Assembly (NCBI GenBank): GCA_905178155.1
Contig: CAJINV010000012.1
Coordinates: 2,632,707-2,696,706 of the forward strand
Length of the DNA: 64,000 nt
Source of the DNA: Amoebophrya sp. A120
Taxonomy: Eukaryota > Protista > Dinoflagellata
Direction: 5' to 3'
The notes beneath the pieces were generated by a model. It made no database searches. It had not been told where the DNA came from and saw only the letters and a program-made list of their open reading frames with translations. The position numbers and the translations under genes were made by a program. Positions 48,401-60,697 of this stretch are shown in pieces. How positions within the stretch are numbered: the stretch's first letter is position 1; each line of letters opens with the position of its first letter.

Positions 48401-50770
48401 AAGTCGATGCGACGCTTGGTGATCGGCAGGATGAGGCCTGGCTGCGTGGTAGCTCCTGCAGCTCCCTGTTGGTTGTTGTTGTTGTTCCCAGCAGTAGCAC
48501 CACTAGCACCTCCGGTATTACTGTTGTTGTTGTTCCCCGTATTATTATTGTTGTTGTTCCCCGCGGTCCCAGCAGCAGCGCCTCCACCACTCTGCGGTGG
48601 GCTCGGCGGCGCCTTCTGCGGTGGCGGCGGCGTGACCGCTTCGGGAATGGTGCGCGGGGTTTCGGACGATTCAGAAAGACCCGGCGGACGCTCGGGGCCC
48701 GACTTCGGCGAGTTTTTCTTCTTCTTCGACGGACCAAGCTCCTCTGTGTAGGTTTGTTGTTGTGTGAGGATTTTGTATGAAGAAGATTTTTCGATTTGTC
48801 ATGCTATTGGTATTGCTAACTGGAAAGGCAATGCACAAAAAATACAAGCGAAGTGATCTCTTGTGCTGATGCGATGGATCAGTGTTGTAGTCGGGTATCG
48901 CATGAAGAACAAGTAGAAGAGATAGAGAAATCATCAACATAAACCGAAGCAAATCAACAGTCAAACAAGAATCGGTCATCTGTCAAACAATTCACTCATG
49001 TGTATCCGGGGGTTTTAAGTCGTTGTCTTCTTCGTGAACTTCTTTCTCTGTCAAACAAGTTAAAGTAAAAAGTATACTCAGTTTTTTCTTGGTGGCCGCG
49101 ATGACCACCTCCGCCGCGCTGGAGCTTTTCTATCCTGTGCAAAACTATTGTACTCGTATTGCAGTCATGCATTACAAATCTTCTTTTTAAGGTAAATCTG
49201 CATTACAAATTTTATTTCTCATGCTGAGGGAATTTGTAATGCATTTATACGAGTACGATACTTTTGCAGTTCATATTTTCTTCGCCGCAGCCACCGGCGT
49301 CTTCTGGTCCATCATCTTGGGCGTAGAAGTCGCATTGTCAAGAACAACATCGCCGACAGAAGTGGAGATCATGACCTCTCCACCCGCGGGGGTGACGACC
49401 CCATTGTTGGAAACGGAATCCCCGGAGGTGGAGCTGGAGTCTTCGCCGTCCCCATCACAGCTCCCGGCGTCGCAGCTGTTGGAGGAGTTTTGCGACGGCG
49501 TCTTCCCCGTGTCCGACAAAAAATCGTTTTGGACAGACTTGTTCAGCTTCTTGTTCAAATTCTTCAACACCGAGGTCGGCGACTGAGTCGTGATGTTCAT
49601 CTGCTGGTTAGAAGCACCAGTACAAGAGCCCCCGGTCGTCGCCAACACCTGCTGGAAATTATGTTGAGCAGCGACGCCGGTAAGCGCCTCCGTCGGAGCT
49701 CCAGCAAGGGTCCCCGCCGGCGGAGCAAGCATGTTGCTCATGTTGAAACTGCTGTTCACAGCCCCCGTCGTGTTAACCACCGCTGTCCCGGTACTGAAGG
49801 CCGTCATGGTCTCGATGTACTGTGCAAACGTGTTTGCGAGAGACTTGTTTTCCCGTTCCAACCGCTTGATGCGGTCGTCTTTTTCCTGGATCAGGGACAT
49901 GCACTCCTGGCGCTGTTTTTCGACCACTTTTTTCTCCGCCTCCACGTTGTCCAAGACAACGGTACTCCGGTTGGAGATGTTCTGATCCACCGCCATCTTT
50001 TCCGGCAGGGTTAGGCCGTCCGTAGTAGTACTAGGATCACCTGCAGCTCCACCAGACGTTGCACAAGAAGTGTTGGTCGAATTGTTGCTGCCGGAGCAAG
50101 CAGAGCCATCGTTGCCGGCGGTCGAGCTGCAAGAACCGTCAGCATTGATAGTTCCAGCAGTAGTCCCGGAGCAAGTGGAATTCATACCAGCACCGCCCAA
50201 CGGCAGCTTCAGACTCTCCCCCTCCCGTGGCGTGACGCCCCCGAGATCGGCACAGGTGGAGGGCGTGTTCAGACCACCATTGCTAGACTTCGTCTCTCGG
50301 GGCGTGTTGGAGAACGACCCGTACAACAGGGACGCGAAGTTGTCCTTTTCCATCTCCAGTTGCGCCACCTGCTGTTTCAGTTCCTCGCGCTGGTGCAGCA
50401 TGCTCTCGTACTTTTCCGTCATGCGGTCAAAGGCACACTGGAGCTCGTCAACGGGGGCAGCTGGTGCCTCAGCACTGGTCTTGTCTCCATCGGTAGTGGT
50501 AGTGCCGTTAGTGTCTGTATTGTTCGAAGTACTAGACTGGTTCAGCACAGTACTAGGCTGGAAGGACGATGTGGTGCTGTTGGCGGATTCCTGCCTTTGA
50601 CCGGATTTCACGGACTCCACATCGTTGTCACCTCCACCTCCGACCAGTGTGTTCGTGAAAAACCCCACCGACGGGTTCGTGTTCGTCTCGCTATTCAAAG
50701 CAAACCGCGGCGGCGGCATCGGGCTAGGGGTGGATCCCAGAGACAAGGTGGGCGTCACGGGTTCCGGCAT
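45479..50770 (-). CDS. Large low-complexity N/Q/G/H-rich protein with coiled coils and a short helical C-terminal domain
   Basis: ORFs 49271..50770 and 45479..48097 link in frame via introner 49131-49275 and inferred GT-AG introns 48744-49077 and 48137-48360. VKNPSAWLTKFFNILR weakly recalls the hnRNP Q acidic-domain helix motif. Confidence 0.6.
49131..49275. mobile_element. Introner family A
   Basis: Family A TIR; TSD TTTTC. Confidence 0.92.
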
Positions 50771-52674
50771 TTTGTTCTTGGATAGATTTTATTTCAGTGG
50801 TTTACTACAATTTCGAGAGATACAACGGATCGCGAACGGACCAGATGTGCTGCTTCTTGCGCGATTAGTACTAGTAATAGCCGTAGTGCTATTTTCTGTA
50901 CAATGTGCTGGATACTTTGGTGAGGACGGCCAAGTTCAAATCCTATAGTTCAAAACAATGAGCAGCGTACTGCTGAATAGGTTACAAGTTGTCAAGATTT
51001 TTATTGTGAAAGGATCTCTGTACTAGAGTTACTCTGGTCGTGGTCCCGATACTTCTTAACAACCTCGGAGGTATTTGTGTGCGTTGAGTAGTCTTGGATA
51101 GTTTTAGAATTTTACACGTAGTAGTTAAAAAGTTGTACAGTATCTGGCCTGCGTATCCTCCCGCTAGAAGTACGTCTACCGAAGGCTCCTACACCCGTAA
51201 ATAAGTGTCGTAGTCGTGAGTAGATACTTTTCCGTTTTCGAAAGAAAAATACGCCCTATATTTGTACAAATGTGACCTAATGCGAAGATGCTGTTTAAAA
51301 ATATTAAAGTACTTGTAGTTGAGCTTGTTGTCGATCGTCTTTTGACTTGTTTTGAGATGTTGTGGTCGATATAATTGTGATCTTGTTAGTTTCGTAAAAA
51401 TAAGTAAAAACCGTTGATTCTATTTCTGGATTCAGAAAAGAAAAAACGGCACTTGAAAGGAGTCAACGGCTTCAACGAGGAAGACGCTGCCCAGTCAAGA
51501 TTTTCGCTGTAAAAGAACCTGGTGATTAGTTTCGGGGGAAAAGAAAAAGTTATGGGAAATAAAAAGCGAATTCTCAGGGTGGAGAAATGTTAAGGAGTGG
51601 GTACAATTTCAAAAGTGATCGGCGAGATAAGACTCTCGGTTCTTTTATTTCGGGTCGTCGCGGGTGGATTTTTATTTTTTTATACAAGCTCGGAGATCGT
51701 CGTTGAATTTAATATTTTGCTAGCTCGATTTTGATGCGAGAGGATGATCGTTTCTTTTTGCCGAACCGCGATGAATGAACTTTGCTCGATCTGTTTTGAT
51801 GTTTAAGGGATTCTTACTAATACTCGGATTTTGAAAAGAAGAAGGCTATATGCAGATCGTGTACAATTTATCGTGAAAAACTTCGCGGGGAAGGATCGAT
51901 CGTCGTCGTCGTAAGTCGTTTTAGGGTCGTGGTTAGAACAGATCTCGTCGCTGTGCGCAAGATTTTGAAATGATATTTGGATCGCCTTTTCACTTTGAAA
52001 ACTAAACACGACTTGCGGCTCTTTCTTTTATCGCCGCTCCTGCGTATGAACAAGGGAGACCGATTTTTTCTCTTCCGTTCCTCAACAAATTGTCGTTCTA
52101 AATCTAGTGATCTCTTTACTTACTTTCAGATCCACTGGTGCCCGTTGCGTCCTCGCTCTCCTCAGCTTGTCGCAGAATGAAATATAAAAGCATTCTCATG
52201 TGAATGATCTCATCTTTCGTTATACTAGACCGATATTGCTTTATCGAAAACCGAACCGAGTTCTTCTCGCGTTCCGCCCGAAGGAACACAACTCTCGCAA
52301 AGTACATCCTGCATCAGAGGCCATCAACACTGACTCGTCTTCGATAATCGCGTATGGTATCAATGCTTAGTAGTAGTCGCAATGGTTTATTTTCTTCATG
52401 TGTTTATTCTTGGATCAGTATCATCGATACGGTTTGTTTTTTCCGAATACTGATGTTGAAACGTCGGCTTTTGACTCTCTTCATTAGATGTAGGAATTCT
52501 TCATTGAGGTACTCAAATATGTCCTCTTCACACATCTCGAATACAGTACGGAACTGTGATCAAAAGACAGTGCTGCCACTTCGTAAGTTGGCGCACGAGA
52601 CCGATCTACCTTAACTACTACAAATAGCACCTTGGAGCATCAATTTCTCGACCACCTGTTCGATGAAAACATAG

Positions 52675-55600
52675 CTAGAGCCAGCCGAATTTGGTATCGA
52701 CGCAGACGAAGGCGTAGGCGTGTGCCTGTCCGGAGTCGCGATCTTCATCATTCAGACCATTGCCACCGCCGCCATGAAGGGCAGCACCGCCTCCGTTGAT
52801 TCCAACACACCCCCCATGATCTCGTCGCCGCAGCTCCGGCAGGAAAATTTTCTCGTCCACCACCAGTTTCACCGCACCCTCCACAAACGGCATATCCCGT
52901 GCAAAAGTATCGCACTGTACTCGTATTGCGATCATGCATTACAATTTTTTTTCTTAAAGCAAATCCGCATTACGAATTTTGTTTGTCATTCTGAGGACAT
53001 TTTTTGTAATGCATTAATACGAATACGATTTACTTTTGCACAGGATACGGCAACCGGTCCAGCCACTGCAGCAGAATCGGCCGCAGCACCTTCCGCACCT
53101 CCGCCTCGCTGAACCACTTCTGCCGCATATCCTGAGTAAAAACGTACCCACGCCAGAGTTAGGATGAGGATTTTGCAACACAAACCTAGGAGCTTTGTGA
53201 GTCACGCATGACAAGTTGAGCTCTGCAGTGTAGTGCAGGTTAGCAAGTGCAGCCGCGTCACAAATCCAGCTGCTCATCCTGTTCACAACGTCACAAATTC
53301 CAAAACACGATTGGAAATGGCTCTCATGGGGATGCGCATTACAACTCTGGTGTGGGTACGTTTTTACTCAGGGTACCGCAAGCCGAGCAGCTGCGCCTTC
53401 TGCAGAAAGGTTTTCGCGTAGAAGCACACCGGGACTCTCTCCTTTCGCTGCTCGATCGTGAACCCAAATTTGACGGATTTGAGTCGGTACTTGTCTTCGA
53501 TTCTTTCCAGCACACACATCTCCTCGAAATTCTGAGGCCACACGTCGACTATCTGCATCGAGTGGTCGGGCGAATTGCCGCGGACGAGCCGGAGGGTACG
53601 GAAAGTTGTGCTGGATACAGAGAGGTGACGCTGCGCCTGTACTTCTCCTGAAGAGGCCGAGCTGGCTGTTCCCGGCGCCGCCAGTGAAGGAGCTGCTGCT
53701 GCGCCGAGTGGGATCCTCGTCGAGGTCGTGAGATTATTGTTGAGATAATTTTCATTCAAGTGGCTCTTGCCGCCGTTAGGTGCATTTTTGTCATGCGATA
53801 AAGCGCTTTCCATGTTGATCCGCGCGGCCGCGGCAGCGGCTCCCTCAACACCGCCACACGACCCGCCCCCGAAATTCACCTTCAAAGAATTTCCAGAACT
53901 GTTCGCACCAAAACCCTGACTTGGCACGATTCCCAATTGCAGCTCTCTTTTCAATATCCTGTGCAAAAATGTCTGAGTCTGGAAGGATGTAACCTGTGAT
54001 GCGCATTTCAGAACACACAAAAATCTCTCATGCATGGGTAGCAAAAGCTGCCCACTCTCTGTCACCAAAATGGGGGATTTGTCATGCGGGTTCGGCATTG
54101 CGGAAGCTTCTCGAAAGCTGTGATGCTAGAGCTTCCATGCCAGACCTTCCGTGTCATGCAGAAACAGCATGACTCTTCCAGACCCAGACATTTCCACATT
54201 TGATATTCAACTTCCGGTGCGCCTGGAGAAACTCTTGTACGGAGTGAAGCGGCGGAGGATCGAAGTCCCGGTGCTCCTGTGGAAATCCAGCACCCGATGA
54301 AGAACCAGTGCTGCCTGGTGGAAGTAAAAACCCTGCCGCAGTAGATCTCCCGGTCCCGGCGCACCAACTACCATCAACTGCATTTCGACCTCCAGCAGAT
54401 GTTCTTCTTGCCATCGGCATCACCCAGGGTCGCGGATCTGTCAAGTACACCCTGGCGTCCAATCGGTTCAAGATTCCGTATTTCGGATCGAACGGAATCG
54501 CGGAATCATACTGCAAATACGAAACCTGCTTTGCGTCGTGAGGTAGGGACAAAACGGACGAGTAGAGAGGGGGAGATACGACAACTTCTGGTGCTGTCCC
54601 AACGCAAGTTACAGCATTTTTGCCTTTAATATTGTCGTCGACGTCACGGTTTTTTTGTGTGTGGAAAAGCACTCTGAAGAAATTCCGTGCCACATGGTAT
54701 CCGTCGCTAGGGAAAGCTAGACAAGCAGTCTGAATCTTGTCGCTGGTGGTCCTCGATGCGTAATTATATAATTCTTCGCGGGCACCGGTGTTTGAAGCGG
54801 TCTTCACCGAAGCTGCGTTCAGAGTTGTCGCATTGACGAGTACGTACTCTGGTTGAAGACGATGCGCCTCTTCACCTTGGTCATTCATGTTTCTGTTTTG
54901 CATATCGACGGTTGAAGGTATCGCGGCGTCGGTCATTCTTTCAAAGCGAACAAATTTCGGCTTCAACGTCAACGCATTGCCGGGGTCTGTAGAATCTTGA
55001 AACTCATGATCCGCGGCGTGGTATCTGTCCCACAGTAGTTGCTGTCCACAATAAATTATCCAGTGCAAAAGTATCGTACTCGTATAAATGCAAGTCTTGC
55101 ATCACAAATCTTGTTCCCAAGGCAAATCAGCATTACAAATTTTATTTCTCATGCTGAGGAAATTTGTAATGCATTTATACGAATACGATACTTTTGCAGT
55201 GCATATAAATCTCCCACACGAAATTTTCATCTAATCCGCCGCCCTTGTACGCATTTGCCGCGAGAGGCTGCTCCAGGTTTTTGCTGTGCGGGTTGTACAC
55301 GGTAAACGACGCATCTTCGTAAAAATTCATTTTGTTTCCAAAACAAAACGGCTGCTGGTGACCACTACCCGGTAGGTGTAGTCCTGGTGCCCGCTTGTTG
55401 TTACTCTTATCAAGAGAACAACTACCCGCATTGAGACTGACATTTTTGATTTTGCTCGACATAGTACGATCTTCCCCGTTAATGTAATTACCAACGATTC
55501 GCCCCACGAAGCAGGAGCTCTCGTTGTATTCCGCTTCTTCGCGGACAAAAGGCTCGTGGCGTAATCGCTTGCGGAAGAGCGACTCCAGGGGTTCACGCTT

Positions 55601-57790
55601 CAGGATTTTTGCTCCTGCAAAGAAATGTCTTTTTCCTGCCGTCGTTCCTGGTCGTTGTGGAGAGTCGTAGTCCTCTGGCAAGATGACAATGTCATCCTCG
55701 CCCTTTACAACATCCCCTTCCATGAGGACATTTTCGTCGACGTCCGGGTTATGTCTCGTAAAGATATTAGCACTTTTTGCTCCTGTAGACGGAGGAAAAA
55801 CAGCTCGATTTCCAGCTTCTGCTCGATTTGTTTGCGCCGTAGTTCTTCGTCCAGCATCATCTTCCCCGCTAGTAGTTGTACCAGCACGACCGAAGAACCG
55901 CCTCTCCAGCTGCAAATAACGCAGGTGCTGTGCGGAAAAAGTGGCGACCCGCAGCACCGGGTTTAACAGAACGGAGGGGTCGAGACACAGCCGGTCGTTG
56001 TTATTCACGTCGATTTGCACCGCGCCGAGCACTTTCACCAGCATCGAGTCGCCAACTTGAAGGTGCCGTTTTTTCAGGGGGATGGTGGTTGACTTATTCG
56101 ACAAGGACGTCATCTTCAAAGGCGGCCTGTTGTTGTTCCCGGCCGCCGGGGAGAGACCACCTCCAGAGGACCCCCGAGGTAGTAGAAATGGCCCAGCACG
56201 ACTGGTGTCAGAATATTTCGCTATGTTGCGATAATTTTCTGTACCAGCAGCTCGTCCTCGTTCATCATGTGGCTTATTTTCATTTCTTTCCATGATGTGC
56301 TTGTGCTTCTGCTTTCGTAGAATTGCACGTGGCAGGCCGTCGTGGAGGTCGGCAAGCTCAAGTTCCGGATCAATGTCCGAGTCGTGAAAATGTTCATCTT
56401 CGTCTTCGCCGATAAAAACCTCACTGTTCTCCACAAACATGTCGTCGTTTGTTCTCCGTCTTTTTCTGTTCGTTCTCATCTCCAAAAAATCGCACCTCTC
56501 CTCCTCCTCCTCCTCTTCGACTACGTGCACGAGAAAAAAGTTCCCCGAGTGCCTCAAGCTGGCGTAGTCCGCGATAGAGGTAGCGTAAGCAAAATCCCGG
56601 TCGATGACTTGGTAGCAGTAGTCGCCGATTTCCGGACCGTGCACGAAAAACTTTCCGATGATGAGAAGTTCGAGGAGTTTGGAATTTTTTGAAAAGTTGG
56701 TCACGTGCTGATCGTCCTCGCGGCCCAACTTGCTTTGCACTTCATGCTCCTCATTCTCTTTCTCCACGACTTCCTCCTCTTGCTCTTGTTCCAACAAGCG
56801 AAAATAGGTCCGTAACCGATTCTGGTTCTGAATCTGGTCCAAGATGGCGCAGTACTCGCGGAGGGCAGTGTAGTAATCACCTTCAGGTACATCTTCAGCC
56901 TTCTTGATGTAGTTCTTCGTAGCTTTACAGGTTTCGAGATTTTTGCCAAATACGCTGCATTTTATTTCCATCTTGTTCCCAACTTGAACTTCAGCAACAT
57001 CTACCTGGTCGCGCTCGAACCCTGAGAAAGGCAAAGGGGCGGCCACTTGACTGCTGCAGCTCTTGTTGTAGTTCCTTGCGTGGAATAAACTTGAAGTTGG
57101 ATTTTCCTCAACAGCAGCACTTGCCAATATTTTATGCTCAGTAGCTGCACCTAATGCAGCTGTAATATTCCGGCGCACAAAGTGCTCCAGTTTCTGCATC
57201 CTGCCGTCTTCCAGCTCCACATAAATCCCCGCGCCGCTTTGGTTCTTCTTGCTGTTGATCTCATACTCGTTGCGCTTGAAGTGCACCACGTCGCCCACAC
57301 GCAGCTGCGTCCAGGCGGCAGAGAGCAGGGCTTCGTCCTCGGTGAGCAAAAGTTCGTGGAGCTGGTTATGGCGTTCTCAAATGTTACATTCTCAACTGTT
57401 ACATGAATTTGTAATGCAAGAACGGCGAAAGTGAAAGGGACAAGATTGCGCCTTTTGCATTACAGATTTGGTACGGACGTACGTGCTGTTTAGCCCTTCG
57501 GATATTTGTCATGCCAAGCAGCTTAATCGTGGCGATCTTGGTGGTAAATTTGCATGACAAATCATGTAACAGTTGAGAATGTAACAGTTGAGAGCGCCAT
57601 ACTGGTTCGCAGACCAGCACGCGCAGGCCGCGGTGTCCTCGAAATCGGAACTTTTGTTCTGCTCCTTCATTTTCCCCTCTCGTCGACGTCCTGCTGTTGC
57701 GGCTGCATTTGAATCGATTTCGCGGAGCAGAATCCGCATTTTCTGCTCCGCATCGGGGAGGTGGAGGAAGAGAACGACGGCACGGACCAT
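52675..57790 (-). CDS. Large hypothetical protein; 5 introners
   Basis: ORFs 57509..57790, 55175..57349, 54154..55068, 53364..54098 and 52675..52935 join in frame after removing the introners at 57367, 55057, 53955, 53128 and 52893. Confidence 0.7.
52893..53047. mobile_element. Introner family A
   Basis: Family A TIR; TSD CGGCA. Confidence 0.9.
53128..53375. mobile_element. Introner family D (right end GTA)
   Basis: TIR CCTGAGTAAAAACGTACCCACRCCAGAGTT; TSD CCGCA. Confidence 0.92.
53955..54205. mobile_element. Introner family B (inverted close relative of 12032)
   Basis: Family B TIR; TSD TTCAA. Confidence 0.93.
55057..55205. mobile_element. Introner family A
   Basis: Family A TIR; TSD TAAAT. 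Confidence 0.92.
57367..57601. mobile_element. Introner family C
   Basis: Family C TIR; TSD CTGGT. Confidence 0.93.
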
Positions 57791-60697
57791 TTTCTCTACG
57801 GCATCTGATATTCTATTTTGGGGCTTATTTTAGATTAGTTTAACCTCCGTCAAAGACAGAATAAGATCAAATATGCTTGTTTTGCCTCATACGGGGTCGG
57901 GGCGAGACATGTATTTCACCAATCAAACTGAAATGGTATTCGAAATTTATGGCTCTTGTTGTCTACGTCGTCAGCGACAATGACAAAAATGGAAATAGAC
58001 CTGTATATATGGAAATAGACCTGTATTTGTGGGAATGGGAATTCCTTAAAACAAACGCCGGCATCAATTTGGGGACATGAAAGAAGGCTAGTGTGCCACA
58101 GCACACTCAGTCAGACAATGTTATAAGCAAGAACATCGCCGCCGACAAAGATATGTGCTTTTTTCTTCATGTGGAACGTATGAAACACAGCGGAAGGGGA
58201 AGACGAAGATGAAGATCGTCTTACTTTGTCTTGAGACAATTGTACTACCCTTCGAAAAGGACACAAGAAGTCGGAGAACAACTACATTGTGTTCCTATCG
58301 CCGGATTCGGGAACCACGGAAGCGAAAAAAGCCAAGGTCAATGGCAAGAAACAATAACGAAGCGAAATCGCAAAATAAAAGTTGCGAGAGTTCATTCTCC
58401 TGCTTATCCTTGTTCGTTCCTGTTCGTGTTGCTTGGCAAGCGTCTTCGCGCGACGACTTGTTCTTAGGCCTGCAACTCTAGTTGCCCTGTTCTAGACTCA
58501 AGAATAATGTTGCGATCTGCAAAAGAATTAAAAATACAAATACAATTACGCATACGCATACTTCGACTGTTTCAGTGCCCAGAACAAGAGAAACATAAAA
58601 AGCTGCGGACTGTGCCTCACTTCCTTTGCTCTCTCTCCTGTCGTTTGTGTCAATCCAATCGCTTCATCAAATTCTGGTGTCTCAAGGTAGAGTGAATAGT
58701 CCTGCAACAGAGAGAAAGTAGAAATCGTAATTGAGATTTCAAGTCGCTGCACAATTATGTCGCTGTTCTTGCGCCGCCTTCCTTCCTCACAACTTTTGTT
58801 TGACTTCTTCCCGGCCAATATCGTGGTCAACATAGTACTTCCTTGCAGCTGCGCTTCTATTGTACGTAATCTAATTTGTACTATACTTACCTAACCAGCA
58901 GAAAAAATCGACAGCGACAGTTCTCCGCCCTTAGCCTTAGCATGATCTCTGGCGCAAAGAGGTTCCAATTGTAGTTGTACTGCTACTGCGACTGCCGGAG
59001 CCGGTTAGAATTAGAAAATGAAAAATAAATAAAATTGAGCTCATTAATTTTTGTTCTTCGTTTTTATTCTTTACTTTTCCTCTGTTCGTTGGCGTCGCAG
59101 TGCAGACCTATTTTGAGCTCATTGTCCAGTGAGTCTGAGTGATACACGACTCAAAACCACGCCCGGTTCCTCCTGTTCACAATCGGTTCACACGACAAAC
59201 AGGACAGCTCGACGGTGCAGGTGGTCCTGGAGTCGCGGACACAAAATTAGCAGGAACAGGCTGCTGCACAGCATAGAAGTACCGCAGAGTAGAAGAAAAA
59301 GGGATGTCGAATCGATACAGGACAAAGCCGTTTGGTGCCGTCGCTGAAAAAGGGTTGCAAGAAAAAGCGCCGAGGGGCTGACGCTGAGCAAACCTCTGAT
59401 GACAGGCAAAAAAGGTCTGTCCATACCAACAGCACAAGGACAACCGGAACCGAGAGATTACCCACCAGTGGCTAATAAATATTAACTCTTCTGCTGTGCT
59501 GAAAGCATGTGCTCGCGGATGCAGTTTGCGTTTCGCAAGCTACGCTTATTTTTGCTCTTCCCTATTCTACTTCGTTCCCTACGCTGCGAAAAAGTTGTTG
59601 CTTCCAGCAGGTGCAGGTCCTCGCGGCCTTCTTTTTGAGTAACAAGTACGTAGTTACAGGCGCAGGGTGGACAGGAACGGAAAAGTTTTTATCGTGATAA
59701 TAATAATTTGTAATCTTCGTATTAAATTTTGGTGGACTATCTCTAAGGTAGCAGCTCGTTGTCGTTAGATATTTTCTCAAGGCTCGTTGTTGGCATTGCT
59801 TTTTGATACACAGTTTGTACTCGTAGCGGAGTGTTTCTTGTTCGTGAGGAAAGTCGGTGTCTTTGTGTTTTGTCGCAAAAATAAGAACTTCCAAATATAC
59901 AATGCTGGTGGGTGCCGAAGAGGGGAAAACCGCCTCATTCTGATATGACACTTCGCAAGCAAAACACCAATTGTTCACTATCATCTTCAAGTTCGGTGGA
60001 AGTGCTTTCTACTGAGAATGCTTCTTTATTCCTAGTGGTTGCCAATGAAGAAGCCGTGGCGTTCGCGTTTCGGGTTCGCGTTTGATTAGTTATAGTTTCA
60101 GATTCAGTCATCATAACACTGCAAAAATATAGTGGCTCCGCGAGCACCGTCGTTAGAGAACAGCAAATGAAATAATAGTAAATACGGTTCAAGTCGATAC
60201 TGTGAGCGCAGACACCAACATGCGCTGCAGCTTTCGCTGGTGAGTAACAAGTACTGTGGTAGTACTATATATAACTTCTAATTGGACATATTTGTCGTCT
60301 TTTGTATTTCTTTCTTGCGTGTCGCAGAAACAATGCTTCTGCGCCAACGTCGCGCGCGCCAGTCAACTTGCGTTGCTGTTGCTCGCAAAATTATATCGAT
60401 TGCAAATTATTGTGCAGATAGAAAAAATAAAAAAAAAGTAAAAATCCAAGAAAATAAAAAGTCGCGTGCTATATTCTCTGAATGGTAAGAAGTGAAAAGT
60501 GTTGCTTGATACTTCTCGAAGTCAATCATGTAGAAGTGTGGCATGAAGCTGCACCCTTCATAAAATAAAAAGTTGCACCCCACCCCGGTCCAAACTTTGT
60601 TTCTCACACAACTGCTTCTTCCTGGCGAACCACATTGATGCATTTCGATCGATGACAAATGGCACAGCACGTAAAACCGCACCACCTTGCGTGATCT

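Noticed and set aside
57990-58027. Tandem ATGGAAATAGACCTGTAT x2
   Set aside because: A simple local duplication with no further structure.
58100-60690. Short ORFs downstream of the last gene
   Set aside because: I could not build a supported gene model; they may be 3' exons or intergenic sequence.
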